From the IMG/VR virus record IMGVR_UViG_3300024275_000003, positions 1 through 54,246 of that record: a stretch of DNA of 54,246 bases; one strand, 5' to 3'. A model generated the notes under the pieces. The model was not told where the DNA came from and made no database searches. It saw only the letters and a program-made list of their open reading frames with translations. Each line of letters starts with the position of its first letter. Position 1 is the stretch's first letter. This DNA comes from a virus. Lineage: Duplodnaviria; Caudoviricetes. The translations under genes and the position numbers were made by a program. Positions 35,102 to 45,368 of the stretch are shown piece by piece.

Positions 35102-36082
35102 TTATTTTTGGACCTTACGAGATTGCCAAGAACCATCAGGCATCTGACGGTATTCAGTATCGCCTACAACAGTCGTGCCTTGTGCCGTGGGCACCGGTGC
35201 AGCCGGTTGACCGGGTTGACCACCAGCTTGAGGAATGTTAGCTCCGGGACCTCCTTGATCGAAGCCGGGGCTAGGTGCAGCAAAGCCAACAAGACCTGCC
35301 GTAGTTTGAGCAGCCATCTGACGGATATTCTGTGCAGCTTGGTAGTATCGTTGAGCACCAGCATGATCTCCGGCCTTCTCAGCAGCAACAGCAGCTTGTT
35401 CAAATGTCTGTGACATCTGGCGAGTCTGTTGAGCAATGCGGACAGCTTGAACACGAGCATTGGCAGCATTTTCAGAAGCAGTAATCCGAGCTTCAGTACT
35501 GAGCCGTGCAACATTTTCGGCACCTTCATTACGAAGACCTTGCTCACCCATCTTCGTCTGATATTCAGCACCTGCTTGGATAGCCTTCTGGCTAAAGTTA
35601 CGAAGTTGATCCGGATCACCAGAAGCCAGAGGACCGAAGTCTTGAGGATTGAGTCCCTTGCTATTCAGGTAATTGGTCATGAAGGATTCACGTTGTTGAG
35701 GATCTACCTGATCCAGAACACCTGCCAATTGACCAGCAATCTGTCCTACCTGAGCAATGCTCTGTGCTTGTGCAGCCGAATATTTATTAGCACCTTCCGC
35801 TTGTGCTGTCTTGATAGCACCCGGTTGGGTAGCCTCAGTAAACAGATTGGCTAGGTTACCTTTTTGTGCTTCAGCGCTAAGTAGACCCGTGCTAGCTTGT
35901 TTATTGGCAACATCAGCAGCGGCTTGTGGGCCAGCAAAAGGAAGGGTAGCCAGAGACTTCTGATTAGTTAGTTGAGCCTCTTGGTTGGCATTCTCATTCT
36001 GCATACCAGCTTGTTGGGCAGCATAAGCTGGACCTACAATAGAGGCCAGACTCTGCACATCGTTTTGATAAACTCCTGCCAC
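35102..36082 (-). CDS. Internal virion (ejection) protein
   Basis: Ala/Gln-rich helical, position among core proteins. Confidence 0.65.
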   Translation of the reverse strand: MAGVYQNDVQSLASIVGPAYAAQQAGMQNENANQEAQLTNQKSLATLPFAGPQAAADVANKQASTGLLSAEAQKGNLANLFTEATQPGAIKTAQAEGANKYSAAQAQSIAQVGQIAGQLAGVLDQVDPQQRESFMTNYLNSKGLNPQDFGPLASGDPDQLRNFSQKAIQAGAEYQTKMGEQGLRNEGAENVARLSTEARITASENAANARVQAVRIAQQTRQMSQTFEQAAVAAEKAGDHAGAQRYYQAAQNIRQMAAQTTAGLVGFAAPSPGFDQGGPGANIPQAGGQPGQPAAPVPTAQGTTVVGDTEYRQMPDGSWQSRKVQK

Positions 36083-36094
36083 TTATATCACCTT

Positions 36095-37420
36095 TTAGCT
36101 GAAGAGATTAGACAAAGCACCAAACCCTTGTTGAACATAAGGGGAAGCTGCTGAATACAGACCTTCAAGTTGCTTGATCCCTTGTGGGTTACCAAAGTTA
36201 GAGAACAAGGAGTTCAAGGCATTCATACCCGGACGGCTTGTAGCTGCATTAGCATAGTTACTGTTACCCAGTGCTTGTGACTGTCCTTGGGCAAGACGTG
36301 CAGCAAGTTCAACAGCACGATTACCATACTGACTATTACGACCTTGAGCAGCATCTTGGCGAGCCAGTGTCTGTTGCATCTGCTGTGCATAAGCTCCACC
36401 CGGACTAAAGATATCCTTGATGGAGTTAGCATAATTATTATTAGATGCTTGTTGTTGCCGTTGTTGCCAGAAGTTCATTCCGGTATTGAACAACTTAAAC
36501 AGCCCTTGAAGAGTATTAGGGTCCACCGCGCCTCCTGTTGCGCCCGCTGTCGAAGATGAAGTAAGGGCGGGAGATACCCCACCAGATGTTTGCCCAAGAA
36601 CCTGACCGGTAGGGCTTCCTGCTGAGATTGTACCGCCTGTATCCGGGGATGTGCCATAAAGGGCGGAGAGATTACCACCACCCTGTTCACCACCACCTGT
36701 ACCGGCTCCTTCAAAGCTGGTAGGACCCAGACCTTGACCAGGCATTGCACCAGCACCTGTAGCAGTTTGACCACCTTCAGCGCTAACAGCGCCACCACTC
36801 AGAGGAGTAGATCCACCCGCCGGAAGGGCTGCTCCTGTACCCAAACCAGTACCAACGTTAGTACCGCCCAGAGCACTGCCGTAGGTCGAACCGACAGTTC
36901 CGCCAAGAGCATCACCACCGGCAATACCTAGTCCACCAGCACCAAGTCCTTGAGCAGCCGTGGGTCCAAGAGCAACACCAGTGCCCGCAGAAGGACCGAA
37001 CATCGCTGCACCACCAAGACCAGATTCAAGACCACCAGTAGTACCAGCGCCTTCCAGACCAGTTGTAAAGGCAGGAGCAGCAGCTCCTGCACCACCTTCC
37101 GCACTAGCTGCACCAGAAAGAAGAGGACCACCGTAGTAACCAGCAATGGCTGGTGCTACTTTATCTGCTACATCATTGATGCTATGGAACATACCCAATG
37201 CACCCGAATCACTGGGATTAGCATTGTACATATCATTCCAGGCGCTGGATGTGAAGTTACCCGTGGGACTGATCAATGCATCTTTGTTAAAGAGACCACC
37301 AAAGAAAGGATCATATCCCGGTACGCCAGCAGCAGCACCAAGAGCTTGTAGTGGGTGAGAAACTACTTCCCCAATAGAGTCTTTTACAAAACTAAATGCA
37401 TCATCAACCAATCCGCACAT
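36095..37420 (-). CDS. Gly/Ala-rich internal virion (DNA pilot/ejection) protein
   Basis: Composition and synteny after tail and GNAT genes. Confidence 0.65.
   Translation of the reverse strand: MCGLVDDAFSFVKDSIGEVVSHPLQALGAAAGVPGYDPFFGGLFNKDALISPTGNFTSSAWNDMYNANPSDSGALGMFHSINDVADKVAPAIAGYYGGPLLSGAASAEGGAGAAAPAFTTGLEGAGTTGGLESGLGGAAMFGPSAGTGVALGPTAAQGLGAGGLGIAGGDALGGTVGSTYGSALGGTNVGTGLGTGAALPAGGSTPLSGGAVSAEGGQTATGAGAMPGQGLGPTSFEGAGTGGGEQGGGNLSALYGTSPDTGGTISAGSPTGQVLGQTSGGVSPALTSSSTAGATGGAVDPNTLQGLFKLFNTGMNFWQQRQQQASNNNYANSIKDIFSPGGAYAQQMQQTLARQDAAQGRNSQYGNRAVELAARLAQGQSQALGNSNYANAATSRPGMNALNSLFSNFGNPQGIKQLEGLYSAASPYVQQGFGALSNLFS
36848..36865. repeat. Isolated match to the 18-bp dyad motif in the late arm
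   Basis: AGTACCAACGTTAGTACC (16/18); may be coincidental from GTNVGT codons. Confidence 0.4.
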
Positions 37421-37863
37421 TACAGTTCCTTCGTGAAAATGTGTCCTTTTGTTTCATAACCAAAGCCTTTAAAGAACCGACTAGCTTTGTCTGTGTTGAT
37501 CCCAGTATTGTGAAGGATCGTTATCTCAGAGGCTCCGTTTTCCTTTGCCCATTTCTCCGCCTCTCGTAGGAGACGGATTGCTAGAGGACTTCCTCGATGT
37601 TCTGGTACAACAAAGAATGCAAAATCGGTGGCCCACTTGTAGGTACTGAAGTAGTGGGTACTGATACCCATAAGGGCTAGTCCCCGAAACTTGTCATCGT
37701 AGGCACAGAAATACTTTTGGGGCATCCGTACTGTTGCCATTAGAACTTGCCGAACAGCGTCCGGGTTATACTCATGATCCTTGAAGCGACCTTCTTTCAT
37801 AAAGGTGTGACCGAGTTTAACGATCTCCTCAGCCGCTTCTTGATCCACGATTGTTTTTATCAT
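37420..37863 (-). CDS. GNAT-family acetyltransferase
   Basis: FFVVPEHRGSPLAIRLLREAEKWAKENGA, FFKGFGYE. Confidence 0.85.
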   Translation of the reverse strand: MIKTIVDQEAAEEIVKLGHTFMKEGRFKDHEYNPDAVRQVLMATVRMPQKYFCAYDDKFRGLALMGISTHYFSTYKWATDFAFFVVPEHRGSPLAIRLLREAEKWAKENGASEITILHNTGINTDKASRFFKGFGYETKGHIFTKEL

Positions 37864-38375
37864 ATGTGCCCGATCCAAAAAGAAAAAGAACCGTCTGTTG
37901 CTGTAGAGGGACTGGTTGTTGATACTAGATGAACCGTGATAGCAGAAGAGGAAGTAGTATTATCCACATAGGCTACAGACACACCAGATGTGTTACTTGT
38001 TGCACCTGTCTGGTAATCTGGAACACTTGACCCAAGGTTGTGGGTTATTGTATAAGTCCCAGCAGACGGGTGAGATACGGACCAACCGGGAGGTACTGAG
38101 ACACTGGTTCCAGCCGAATTAGAGTATCCATAACCAATCAAATGATAAGCATTTCCTGACGGAGTGGCCGTACCAGTTGCATTACCGCCTTGGATATTCT
38201 GCAAGGAGTTGTGACTTCTTGACTGGATATCCGCAATATTTGATCCAGTAAAATTAAGATTGGACCAAGGAATGTTTGTACCATTTAGGAAGTTCGTAAG
38301 GTTTGTATACCACTCTAGCCAATAGTAACTCCCAGATGGGGAATTGAGTGGCGGCGGCGGAACTCCTGCTGCCAT
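37860..38375 (-). CDS. Virion structural protein (tail)
   Basis: Synteny; Ser/Thr-rich beta domain, GTYTITHNLG. Confidence 0.6.
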   Translation of the reverse strand: MAAGVPPPPLNSPSGSYYWLEWYTNLTNFLNGTNIPWSNLNFTGSNIADIQSRSHNSLQNIQGGNATGTATPSGNAYHLIGYGYSNSAGTSVSVPPGWSVSHPSAGTYTITHNLGSSVPDYQTGATSNTSGVSVAYVDNTTSSSAITVHLVSTTSPSTATDGSFSFWIGHI

Positions 38376-39817
38376 TAGCGTCTCACCTCTTGAATGATGT
38401 CTAACTCAAAAGACTCAAGTCTCAAAGAATAAGGTTGTTGATAAACAAACTTGAATGCCCGTCTTCGAGTAAATCCTAATTGAGTTATCGTTGGATAACT
38501 CCCATTGAGTTGAAGAGTTGTTCCAGAAGACCATGTATTGTAATCATCATCTGACCAATAAACAGTCACAGGAGTATTGTTAATTCCGTTAGGAGAATCT
38601 CCGATCAAACTTAAACGGAAGATTCTTTTACGCATGATTGTATCGAAATCCAGTTTACTGGTGATAGCCATACAATTGATTGCTGTACCGTTATCCGTAA
38701 ACTGTGTGGGAGACAACATGTAATTCGAAGAGGCGTTATTTTGGCCAATCAAAACAGGAGAGCCATTACCCGCATCTGTAGCGTAGTCAAAGGGAAACTG
38801 GGTTCCTGTTAGAGAACTCCACTCATGCCACATCTGTTCATCAAAATCATAGACGAACGTTCTGGATGCACTGAACAGATTCAATATATACCACTTATGT
38901 CCTGAGCACTGAATAGTAAAAGCAGTAGCAAGATTGATCGAGGGACCTTCCAGATCCAGAGCTTCTCTTACAGGTTCGTTGGCTATTTCTTTCGGTTGGA
39001 ATCCATCAACCACCCAGATGGTTCGTCCACCATTTGATGTCGATCCAACAAGAATTAGTTCTTTTTCTGTCTGATTAATTGTCTGGGGTGCGGGGCAACC
39101 GAACTGGCTAACAGCAGGGGCATTTCTTTGTAACGGGCTACCTGTTGCATTAGCGTTATCATAGAACCATTCAATAGATTGCCCACCAATAGCGGCCACG
39201 TAGTTCTGAACTTTGGATAAACCTACAATGTTATCCGGGAACATCTCCGCATCGATAAACCCATCTGCTGGCCAAATAGTCTGATCCTGTAGGGCACTGT
39301 TATGAATCGTTTGAGTATTCGCATGTGCCAAGAACAAGTATCCATCCAGAAACACTGGATTGGGAATGTGGGGAGTGGGGAAGTTAGCGTCTGTGATTAG
39401 ATTCACAGCGTTACCCACACCAATCGTCCAACCATTAAAACCATCACAAAGAACTACAACATCTTCTGTATCCGTCCGGAATTCAGTAAAACCTACAGGA
39501 CCCGTTGAAGTATTGAGGGTCTTAATAGGAGTTGAGTTGGAGTAAAGCGTATTACCAACAACGGATAGATAGTTTCCGTTCGTTTGCCAAAAAAAGACTC
39601 CCCGACCTTGTCCCGCTCCCAGAGAAAGGAATGGAGTAACTCCGGGTCGCTTCTTCAGATAATACTTTTTACCATCACTGATGGGACTTTTAATCAATTC
39701 TGGATACAGATTCACAAAACGCTGATCTTTCGCAAAGGTACCGTCCCGTTGTTGGGGAGAACCAATGAAAGAAAAGCGTTGTGTATGTAGCTGTGTGAAG
39801 TATGGGTTCGTGGCCAT
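38375..39817 (-). CDS. Tail nozzle / packaged DNA stabilization protein (P22 gp10-like)
   Basis: NLYPE...LKKRPG, FLDGYL, SIEWFY, TFVYDF..QMWHEW, WSDD..TWS. Confidence 0.8.
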   Translation of the reverse strand: MATNPYFTQLHTQRFSFIGSPQQRDGTFAKDQRFVNLYPELIKSPISDGKKYYLKKRPGVTPFLSLGAGQGRGVFFWQTNGNYLSVVGNTLYSNSTPIKTLNTSTGPVGFTEFRTDTEDVVVLCDGFNGWTIGVGNAVNLITDANFPTPHIPNPVFLDGYLFLAHANTQTIHNSALQDQTIWPADGFIDAEMFPDNIVGLSKVQNYVAAIGGQSIEWFYDNANATGSPLQRNAPAVSQFGCPAPQTINQTEKELILVGSTSNGGRTIWVVDGFQPKEIANEPVREALDLEGPSINLATAFTIQCSGHKWYILNLFSASRTFVYDFDEQMWHEWSSLTGTQFPFDYATDAGNGSPVLIGQNNASSNYMLSPTQFTDNGTAINCMAITSKLDFDTIMRKRIFRLSLIGDSPNGINNTPVTVYWSDDDYNTWSSGTTLQLNGSYPTITQLGFTRRRAFKFVYQQPYSLRLESFELDIIQEVRR

Positions 39818-40137
39818 TAGGCTTTCTCTACGTCTTCTTTAATTTCATCCACATCTTCACTGATATCGTCTACCTTGACTACCATCTGATTCAAGATCTG
39901 CTGGATAGCGTCAGATTGTTTCTTTTGCTCATGGTACTGGAACTCACTTACCATAGCGAAGAATGCCAACGAGATAGAAGCTTCAAAGGACAAAAAGATA
40001 TTAAGACCACCAAGATCTTTATCCATATGGAACAGCCAATGAAGAGCTAGCCAACCAATGCAGGTACCCACCAAGAAAGCCAGGAACCATGCAGATGCTC
40101 GGAATTTTACATAGAATTGAGAAAATTTTAGATTCAT
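39817..40137 (-). CDS. Small two-TM membrane protein (DUF1003-like)
   Basis: Two hydrophobic helices, LNIFLSFEAS, coiled-coil tail. Confidence 0.55.
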   Translation of the reverse strand: MNLKFSQFYVKFRASAWFLAFLVGTCIGWLALHWLFHMDKDLGGLNIFLSFEASISLAFFAMVSEFQYHEQKKQSDAIQQILNQMVVKVDDISEDVDEIKEDVEKA

Positions 40138-40143
40138 AGTAGT

Positions 40144-40902
40144 TTAATACCCATTTGGATTATTCTGACCCATTCCCATGACAACCCAATCAGGTTGAAT
40201 AAAGAGACTACCCTCTTCTGTACCGAAGCTCAGGGCGTTGGTAATCAAAGCATTAGCAGTTTCATTAAGTTTATCTTGTTCTGACAAAGGCAAACCAAAC
40301 TCAGGAGACAAGCGGTGTGCTAGTGAGTAGATCAGAGGCTCAATCCATACCTGAGGAAAATCAGGAGTATCTGTACCCGAGTTGAACTGATCGAAAGCCC
40401 GTTGATATACAAAGAAGACTGAACGGAACTGCGCCGAGTATGCGTCAGGCGTCGGCCACAAGGTAATAGTACCCGCTTGATTCTGTGGTTGATACCACAA
40501 GTGAACAGGATACCCTTGATTAATCTTGGTACTCAAGAGATTATAATTATACTGAGTATAAATATTCATTGGAATATCTGTATTCAGAGTATTAGAATCC
40601 CGACTCCATGCCTGTACAATCTTTAAAGGAGCCTGTATATTCAGAGTACCAGATCCAATCCCCAGACCCACAGGATAAGTATTTACACCTTGGGTAAGAG
40701 GGAAGGAAGTAGTAGTCATTGCCCATACAGGCATACCTTGAGCATACAAAGAAAAGACGATGTTATTGAGAGCTTCCTGAGCATTCACCAACTGAGTAGG
40801 CGTGGCCGTAGCTCCATCAACTGCAATACCCACCTTACGATGGGCAGCGTTGATAATCTGATCGCGAGTGTAGTTCCAGTTTGCTTGGCCAGAAATCGTC
40901 AT
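40144..40902 (-). CDS. Head-tail adaptor / tail tubular protein A-like
   Basis: IINAAHRKVG, ITLWPTPD, DFPQVWIEPLIYSLAHRLSPEFG. Confidence 0.75.
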   Translation of the reverse strand: MTISGQANWNYTRDQIINAAHRKVGIAVDGATATPTQLVNAQEALNNIVFSLYAQGMPVWAMTTTSFPLTQGVNTYPVGLGIGSGTLNIQAPLKIVQAWSRDSNTLNTDIPMNIYTQYNYNLLSTKINQGYPVHLWYQPQNQAGTITLWPTPDAYSAQFRSVFFVYQRAFDQFNSGTDTPDFPQVWIEPLIYSLAHRLSPEFGLPLSEQDKLNETANALITNALSFGTEEGSLFIQPDWVVMGMGQNNPNGY

Positions 40903-40907
40903 GTCCG

Positions 40908-42437
40908 TTATTCGCTATAAAAGTACAGTTGTGGAGTTGCTACTGTATAAGTCAATGTCAGACCATCTTGAGGTTTCAAGGTTACTTGGGTAGTTGCAGT
41001 AGCCAGATTGTTATTCACTGCGTTACGTGTAATCGTAACTGCACTAATGGTTGCTCCATTAGGTACAATAGAAATAATCTGAGTATTACCAGTATTATTG
41101 GTGTAGGTTCCACCGCTCGCTGGAGTCGAGATAGTACCTTGAGTCAAAGGAACAATCGTCTGAGATTGAGCATCGAAACAGTTAGTGAATATACTGGTAG
41201 GTTCATTATTAGTGAATCCACCTGTTCCTGTTACACGATGAACAACAACATTAGTAAACGAGGCATACCTCGCACCAGAACCAATCGTGATTAGCTGGTG
41301 GTTACCACCGACAAAATGAGGCCACAAAGCGACACCAGAGATAAACACACTTGTAGCTGTATCACAACTATGGAATTCATTATGAGCACCTTGATCGAAA
41401 ATATCGTTCTGGGTATTAGATTCCATATCCATACCAAAAAACTTATTCCATGACGATGACGTGCCAGTCAAGATACCATAGTAACAAGCCTCTGATGTTC
41501 CACCGTAGAAATTGTTACCAATTGTACTTTCAAGGAGAATCCCTGCTCCGCCCGTAGCAGACAAACCTTCACAAACCAGATTGTCCATTTTGCAGTAGGA
41601 AGTCTGTTCACCCGTATTACGTTGAGTCAGATGCAACCCATTCAAAGGAGGTGTGGTGGAAAACCAAGCCCCCGCTTCATTTGCAGTAACAGAGCAATTA
41701 TCGAAATTGGTACAGACAGCGAATTCCACACGAATACCATCTTTTGCTACGCCAGCACCCTCAACTTTGAATCTGAGTTTGGAGTGATGGACCGATCGAA
41801 CATAAACACCGTGCCCTGCTGTTGATGGGGCTTCAACAATGAAACCACTTGTCCCACCCATATTTACATTGTATGTAAACGTATTTATTGTGGGACCAGT
41901 GTCCAGAATAACAGCATTACCAATACCAGAGTATCTAAGACGAACCTCCCCATAAGCTTCAATGGTAGCGTTCTGAATAGCCCAATTGGGGGAAATGCTG
42001 TAACCGTAAATACCCGCCGGGAAGAACAGCTTATTCTGGATTGCTCCGGTAGCTACCCATGCAGCACAATTTGCCAGTGTCGTACTATTATCCGTAACAC
42101 CGGCATCTGCTTTCACTCCGAACTGGAGTACAGAAACCTGACCAAACCATTGAAGATACCAACGCCCACCGTCATTCGCTACAATGATCGTTCCACCATT
42201 GTCAGCACTGGTAGTATCAGCAAGATTCAAAAAATAATTACCACCACCACCATCACCAATCCCATAATACCCTGCAACAAAAACAGTAGAGTGATTGGTC
42301 TTGGTAACGTTGCGTAAAGCATTAATACTGGTCACAACCGGGAAGGTTGTTTGATTGTTGACCACGGTATTCACGTTGTTCAACCAATCGGCTGGAACAG
42401 GCGTGACGAAGTCAACAAAAGTCATATTAATGGCCAT
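40908..42437 (-). CDS. Tail spike with beta-helix (pectate lyase-like) depolymerase domain
   Basis: GYYGIGDGGGGNY, DNGGTIIVANDGGRW, VLQFGVKAD...DNS. Confidence 0.8.
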   Translation of the reverse strand: MAINMTFVDFVTPVPADWLNNVNTVVNNQTTFPVVTSINALRNVTKTNHSTVFVAGYYGIGDGGGGNYFLNLADTTSADNGGTIIVANDGGRWYLQWFGQVSVLQFGVKADAGVTDNSTTLANCAAWVATGAIQNKLFFPAGIYGYSISPNWAIQNATIEAYGEVRLRYSGIGNAVILDTGPTINTFTYNVNMGGTSGFIVEAPSTAGHGVYVRSVHHSKLRFKVEGAGVAKDGIRVEFAVCTNFDNCSVTANEAGAWFSTTPPLNGLHLTQRNTGEQTSYCKMDNLVCEGLSATGGAGILLESTIGNNFYGGTSEACYYGILTGTSSSWNKFFGMDMESNTQNDIFDQGAHNEFHSCDTATSVFISGVALWPHFVGGNHQLITIGSGARYASFTNVVVHRVTGTGGFTNNEPTSIFTNCFDAQSQTIVPLTQGTISTPASGGTYTNNTGNTQIISIVPNGATISAVTITRNAVNNNLATATTQVTLKPQDGLTLTYTVATPQLYFYSE

Positions 42438-42849
42438 TCGATACCCCGTTAAGTTTTTCGACCGTACGCATAGCTCCAAATCCAAGCATACCACCAAGCA
42501 TGGTGATTAACGTGCTAAGATCGAGCGACGGAGGCATCGGCCAGTGATTGATTGCTGCTGCCCATGAAATAAGGGGATCAAGCAGGTATTGATAAGCCAG
42601 ACCAGAACCACATACCCAACCCACGAAAGGCCTCCAGCCAGCAACAAAAAGAGAAGTATTAGCTGCTTCAACCTTGTTAGTATCTGTCTGAGCTTGAAGT
42701 TCGGCAACGGCTGTATCAAGTTCTTTAAACTCCTTCTGTTGTTGGAGTTGTGCCATTTCGTAAGCTGCTTGGGCTTTCTGAGCCGGGTCGGGTATGAATT
42801 TATTAATTATCGCTAAACCCTGTCCGATAATGTCATCAAGTCCCATCAT
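42427..42849 (-). CDS. Holin (3-TM, GTA-holin family)
   Basis: INKFIPDP, SLFVAGWRPFVGWVC, LGFGAMRTVEK. Confidence 0.85.
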   Translation of the reverse strand: MMGLDDIIGQGLAIINKFIPDPAQKAQAAYEMAQLQQQKEFKELDTAVAELQAQTDTNKVEAANTSLFVAGWRPFVGWVCGSGLAYQYLLDPLISWAAAINHWPMPPSLDLSTLITMLGGMLGFGAMRTVEKLNGVSNGH

Positions 42850-42856
42850 ATGATAT

Positions 42857-43057
42857 TTAACCTTTATGAATAAATTTCCAGCCACTAAGGAAGATTCCTA
42901 CACAAGAGACAGCAAACCAGATGGCTCCGATGAATCCCTTATATCTATTAAGATTCTCATCTATCGATTTTACGTGTGAGAGAATCTTTTCGCATGTCTC
43001 TTCAGTGAGTTCTTGGCGTGCCTCAAGTGCAGCTACCCGTTCGTGTAATTCATTCAT
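42857..43057 (-). CDS. Small coiled-coil + C-terminal TM protein (possible lysis accessory)
   Basis: ERVAALEARQ..., YKGFIGAIWFAVSCVGIFL. Confidence 0.6.
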   Translation of the reverse strand: MNELHERVAALEARQELTEETCEKILSHVKSIDENLNRYKGFIGAIWFAVSCVGIFLSGWKFIHKG

Positions 43058-43058
43058 T

Positions 43059-43496
43059 TTATAGTTTCACATAGAAAAAATTACCACTAGTCATCAACAG
43101 CAGGTTGCCACCAGACATGAGTGCAATCGGTTGTCCTAGAGGTTCATCTGGAATTTCAATAGGCGTTACAGGAAGTCCGTTGGGAAATCCTACACTCGGT
43201 CTCATACATCCTGCAACTGCCCAACTAGGTTCCCCACTCGAACCTTGCGGAGTACAATAAGGATAGGTTGGGTAATCCGGTCCGTCAAATTCATCAAAAC
43301 TGGTATCTGAAGTAAATGGAACAGAGATACGTTCCTGTCTTGATCGAAGGAAGTCCATCGGGTGACGATTTTCATAATCATCCGGACAGACAATCAGACC
43401 ATCCCAACGTTTAAGTGCTATACCTGATTTGATCTTCCGATTACAGACCATACAGAAGACGTTCCACTCACCGGATTTAAAATAATTACGTGACAT
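43059..43496 (-). CDS. Conserved podophage protein with Cys motifs
   Basis: GEWNVFCMVC...WDGLIVCPDDYENRHP. Confidence 0.7.
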   Translation of the reverse strand: MSRNYFKSGEWNVFCMVCNRKIKSGIALKRWDGLIVCPDDYENRHPMDFLRSRQERISVPFTSDTSFDEFDGPDYPTYPYCTPQGSSGEPSWAVAGCMRPSVGFPNGLPVTPIEIPDEPLGQPIALMSGGNLLLMTSGNFFYVKL

Positions 43497-43501
43497 GGAG
43501 T

Positions 43502-44656
43502 TTACCTCACACGCCGTGCGCGAATAGTCCCTGTTGAGGCCATTGTACTAACGCCAAAACCCGCCTGAGCAACGAGAAAGACAGTGGTCGTGCTTGCAAG
43601 ACTAAAGCGCTGAGATGGCGCTACCAAACCCTGGTTCGTTGCTGTGGTAAAGGTGGTTTGAATTTGTGCAGACAGTCCATTAGCCGGAAATGTAGCAGAT
43701 GTGCTACTGATTCCAAGAACAAGGGATGACATCGTTGTTCCGGCAGCAGGATTAAACGCACAACTACCCATAACCTCCCAATCCCCTGCAGTCAAGCTGA
43801 TGCTCGTGATGTTTGCAGGAGTATTGTTTGTCAAACTAACCGCAGTACCTGTAGCTGTGATATGTTCACCAATACTACCAGCATTAGCATTATCATTGGT
43901 GATTGTACCTTTGATACCAGTAGTTGACACCGGAGTCAGAAGACCCGTCATAGTGAGGGTCGAGAACTGAGCAGCACCCGGAGTAACCGTACCGATAGTT
44001 ACCCCCTGAAGAGTACCACCATTCGCATTGACTGCCGCTGGCGTCGTTCCTCCAATTACAGGAGGTGACGCTAGATAAGTACTAAAACCAGCACCACTAA
44101 CTGTACTAGAGGCACTAAGTGTGGTGAAAGCTCCTGTACTAGGAGTTGTTGCACCAACAGACGTACCATTAATCGTACCACCACTTAGCGTAACTGTCGG
44201 AATAACTACAGTACCAGTGAAGGTTGGAGATGCCAATGTAGCGTAGGGAGTTAACAGCGTTGTAATCCCTGGACCCGAAATACTACCGTTAACTGTAAAA
44301 GCACCACTATTAGTCAACGTCGTAAAGGAGCCCGATGATGCAGAAGTGCTCCCAATGGGGGTTGACTGAATGGAAGCAAACGAAGCAGAACCCCCGAGAT
44401 TAATTGAAGCCGATCCACCACCTATCGTACCAGTAAAGGTAGGACTAGCTAAAGGAGCATATCCTGCAATCGATGCACCACTGGGAATCGTTACAGTTCC
44501 GGTGAAAGTAGGATTATTAAAAAGCCATGTACGAAAGACTTGACCAGTGAAAGTCGTGTCCAAGGAAGTGGCTAAAGGCACGCCATAGATTATCGTAGTC
44601 GGATCAAAGACCGCTTGGATATTCGTAATTTGAGTAATATTTTGGTTGCCAGCCAT
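43502..44656 (-). CDS. Tail fibre protein
   Basis: Repeated ASPTFTGT and GGTINGTSVGATTPSTGAFTTL fibre motifs. Confidence 0.8.
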   Translation of the reverse strand: MAGNQNITQITNIQAVFDPTTIIYGVPLATSLDTTFTGQVFRTWLFNNPTFTGTVTIPSGASIAGYAPLASPTFTGTIGGGSASINLGGSASFASIQSTPIGSTSASSGSFTTLTNSGAFTVNGSISGPGITTLLTPYATLASPTFTGTVVIPTVTLSGGTINGTSVGATTPSTGAFTTLSASSTVSGAGFSTYLASPPVIGGTTPAAVNANGGTLQGVTIGTVTPGAAQFSTLTMTGLLTPVSTTGIKGTITNDNANAGSIGEHITATGTAVSLTNNTPANITSISLTAGDWEVMGSCAFNPAAGTTMSSLVLGISSTSATFPANGLSAQIQTTFTTATNQGLVAPSQRFSLASTTTVFLVAQAGFGVSTMASTGTIRARRVR

Positions 44657-44670
44657 GTTTAGTCAATTCC

Positions 44671-45366
44671 TTATGTTGTAAACCAAGTGTCATTAACACC
44701 GTCTGTCCATACCCACTTAGCAGTTGAGTTATTCGTACCTTGTGGCAGAACCACACCAGTTCCCACTGAACCACCAGAGCCATTGCTCAACTTGACTGTA
44801 ACCGAAAAAGCACCTGTGGTATTGTTACAGTAAATGGACCGACGAGATGCATTAGCGTATGTACCATTGGTAATGATAATCGTAGCATTACTCGTCAGGG
44901 TACCTGTCAGAATAACAGTACGACCTGCTGGAGGGATGTCAATTGCAGTAGTCTGAAGACTGGTTGTATAGTTGGTACCACCGTATAGAACCTGAACACC
45001 GCCGGATTGGACAACACCACCAATAGCATTAGTAATTCGACAGATACAATCGTAACCGCCTGCCGGAAGAATAATCAGATCTCCAGTAACATATCCTGTA
45101 CCTCCAGTAACAACCGAAAGGATTGAAGATACTGGTCCCGGAGAAGCAGAAACAAAAACAACGACAGTTAGACCTACACCTGCTGAATTTTGATTATAAA
45201 TACCACCTGCGCCAGCAGCGAGGTTCAAAGGCAAAGCTGCAATTGAACGATTAATCTGCTGAGCTACAAACGACGTTGTAGCAGGATTATTTGAATTATC
45301 TACCGGGGATTGCAGGACTGAGGCAACGCCAGAAACCCCTGTAACTAGAGTTACGCCTGAGGTCAT
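44671..45366 (-). CDS. Fibre/structural protein
   Basis: ATTSFV, LTGTLTSNATII, NNTTGAFSVTVK, TDGVN. Confidence 0.65.
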   Translation of the reverse strand: MTSGVTLVTGVSGVASVLQSPVDNSNNPATTSFVAQQINRSIAALPLNLAAGAGGIYNQNSAGVGLTVVVFVSASPGPVSSILSVVTGGTGYVTGDLIILPAGGYDCICRITNAIGGVVQSGGVQVLYGGTNYTTSLQTTAIDIPPAGRTVILTGTLTSNATIIITNGTYANASRRSIYCNNTTGAFSVTVKLSNGSGGSVGTGVVLPQGTNNSTAKWVWTDGVNDTWFTT

Positions 45367-45368
45367 AA

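Noticed and set aside
33660-35147. Long antisense ORFs (also 2027-2908, 6056-7069, 18496-19287, 27107-27880, 46796-47818)
   Set aside because: Shadow frames opposite well-supported genes, with no motifs and against arm polarity.
37406-37420. Ejection protein begins MCGLV like the class II GATase
   Set aside because: Similarity stops after five residues; no other Ntn motifs.
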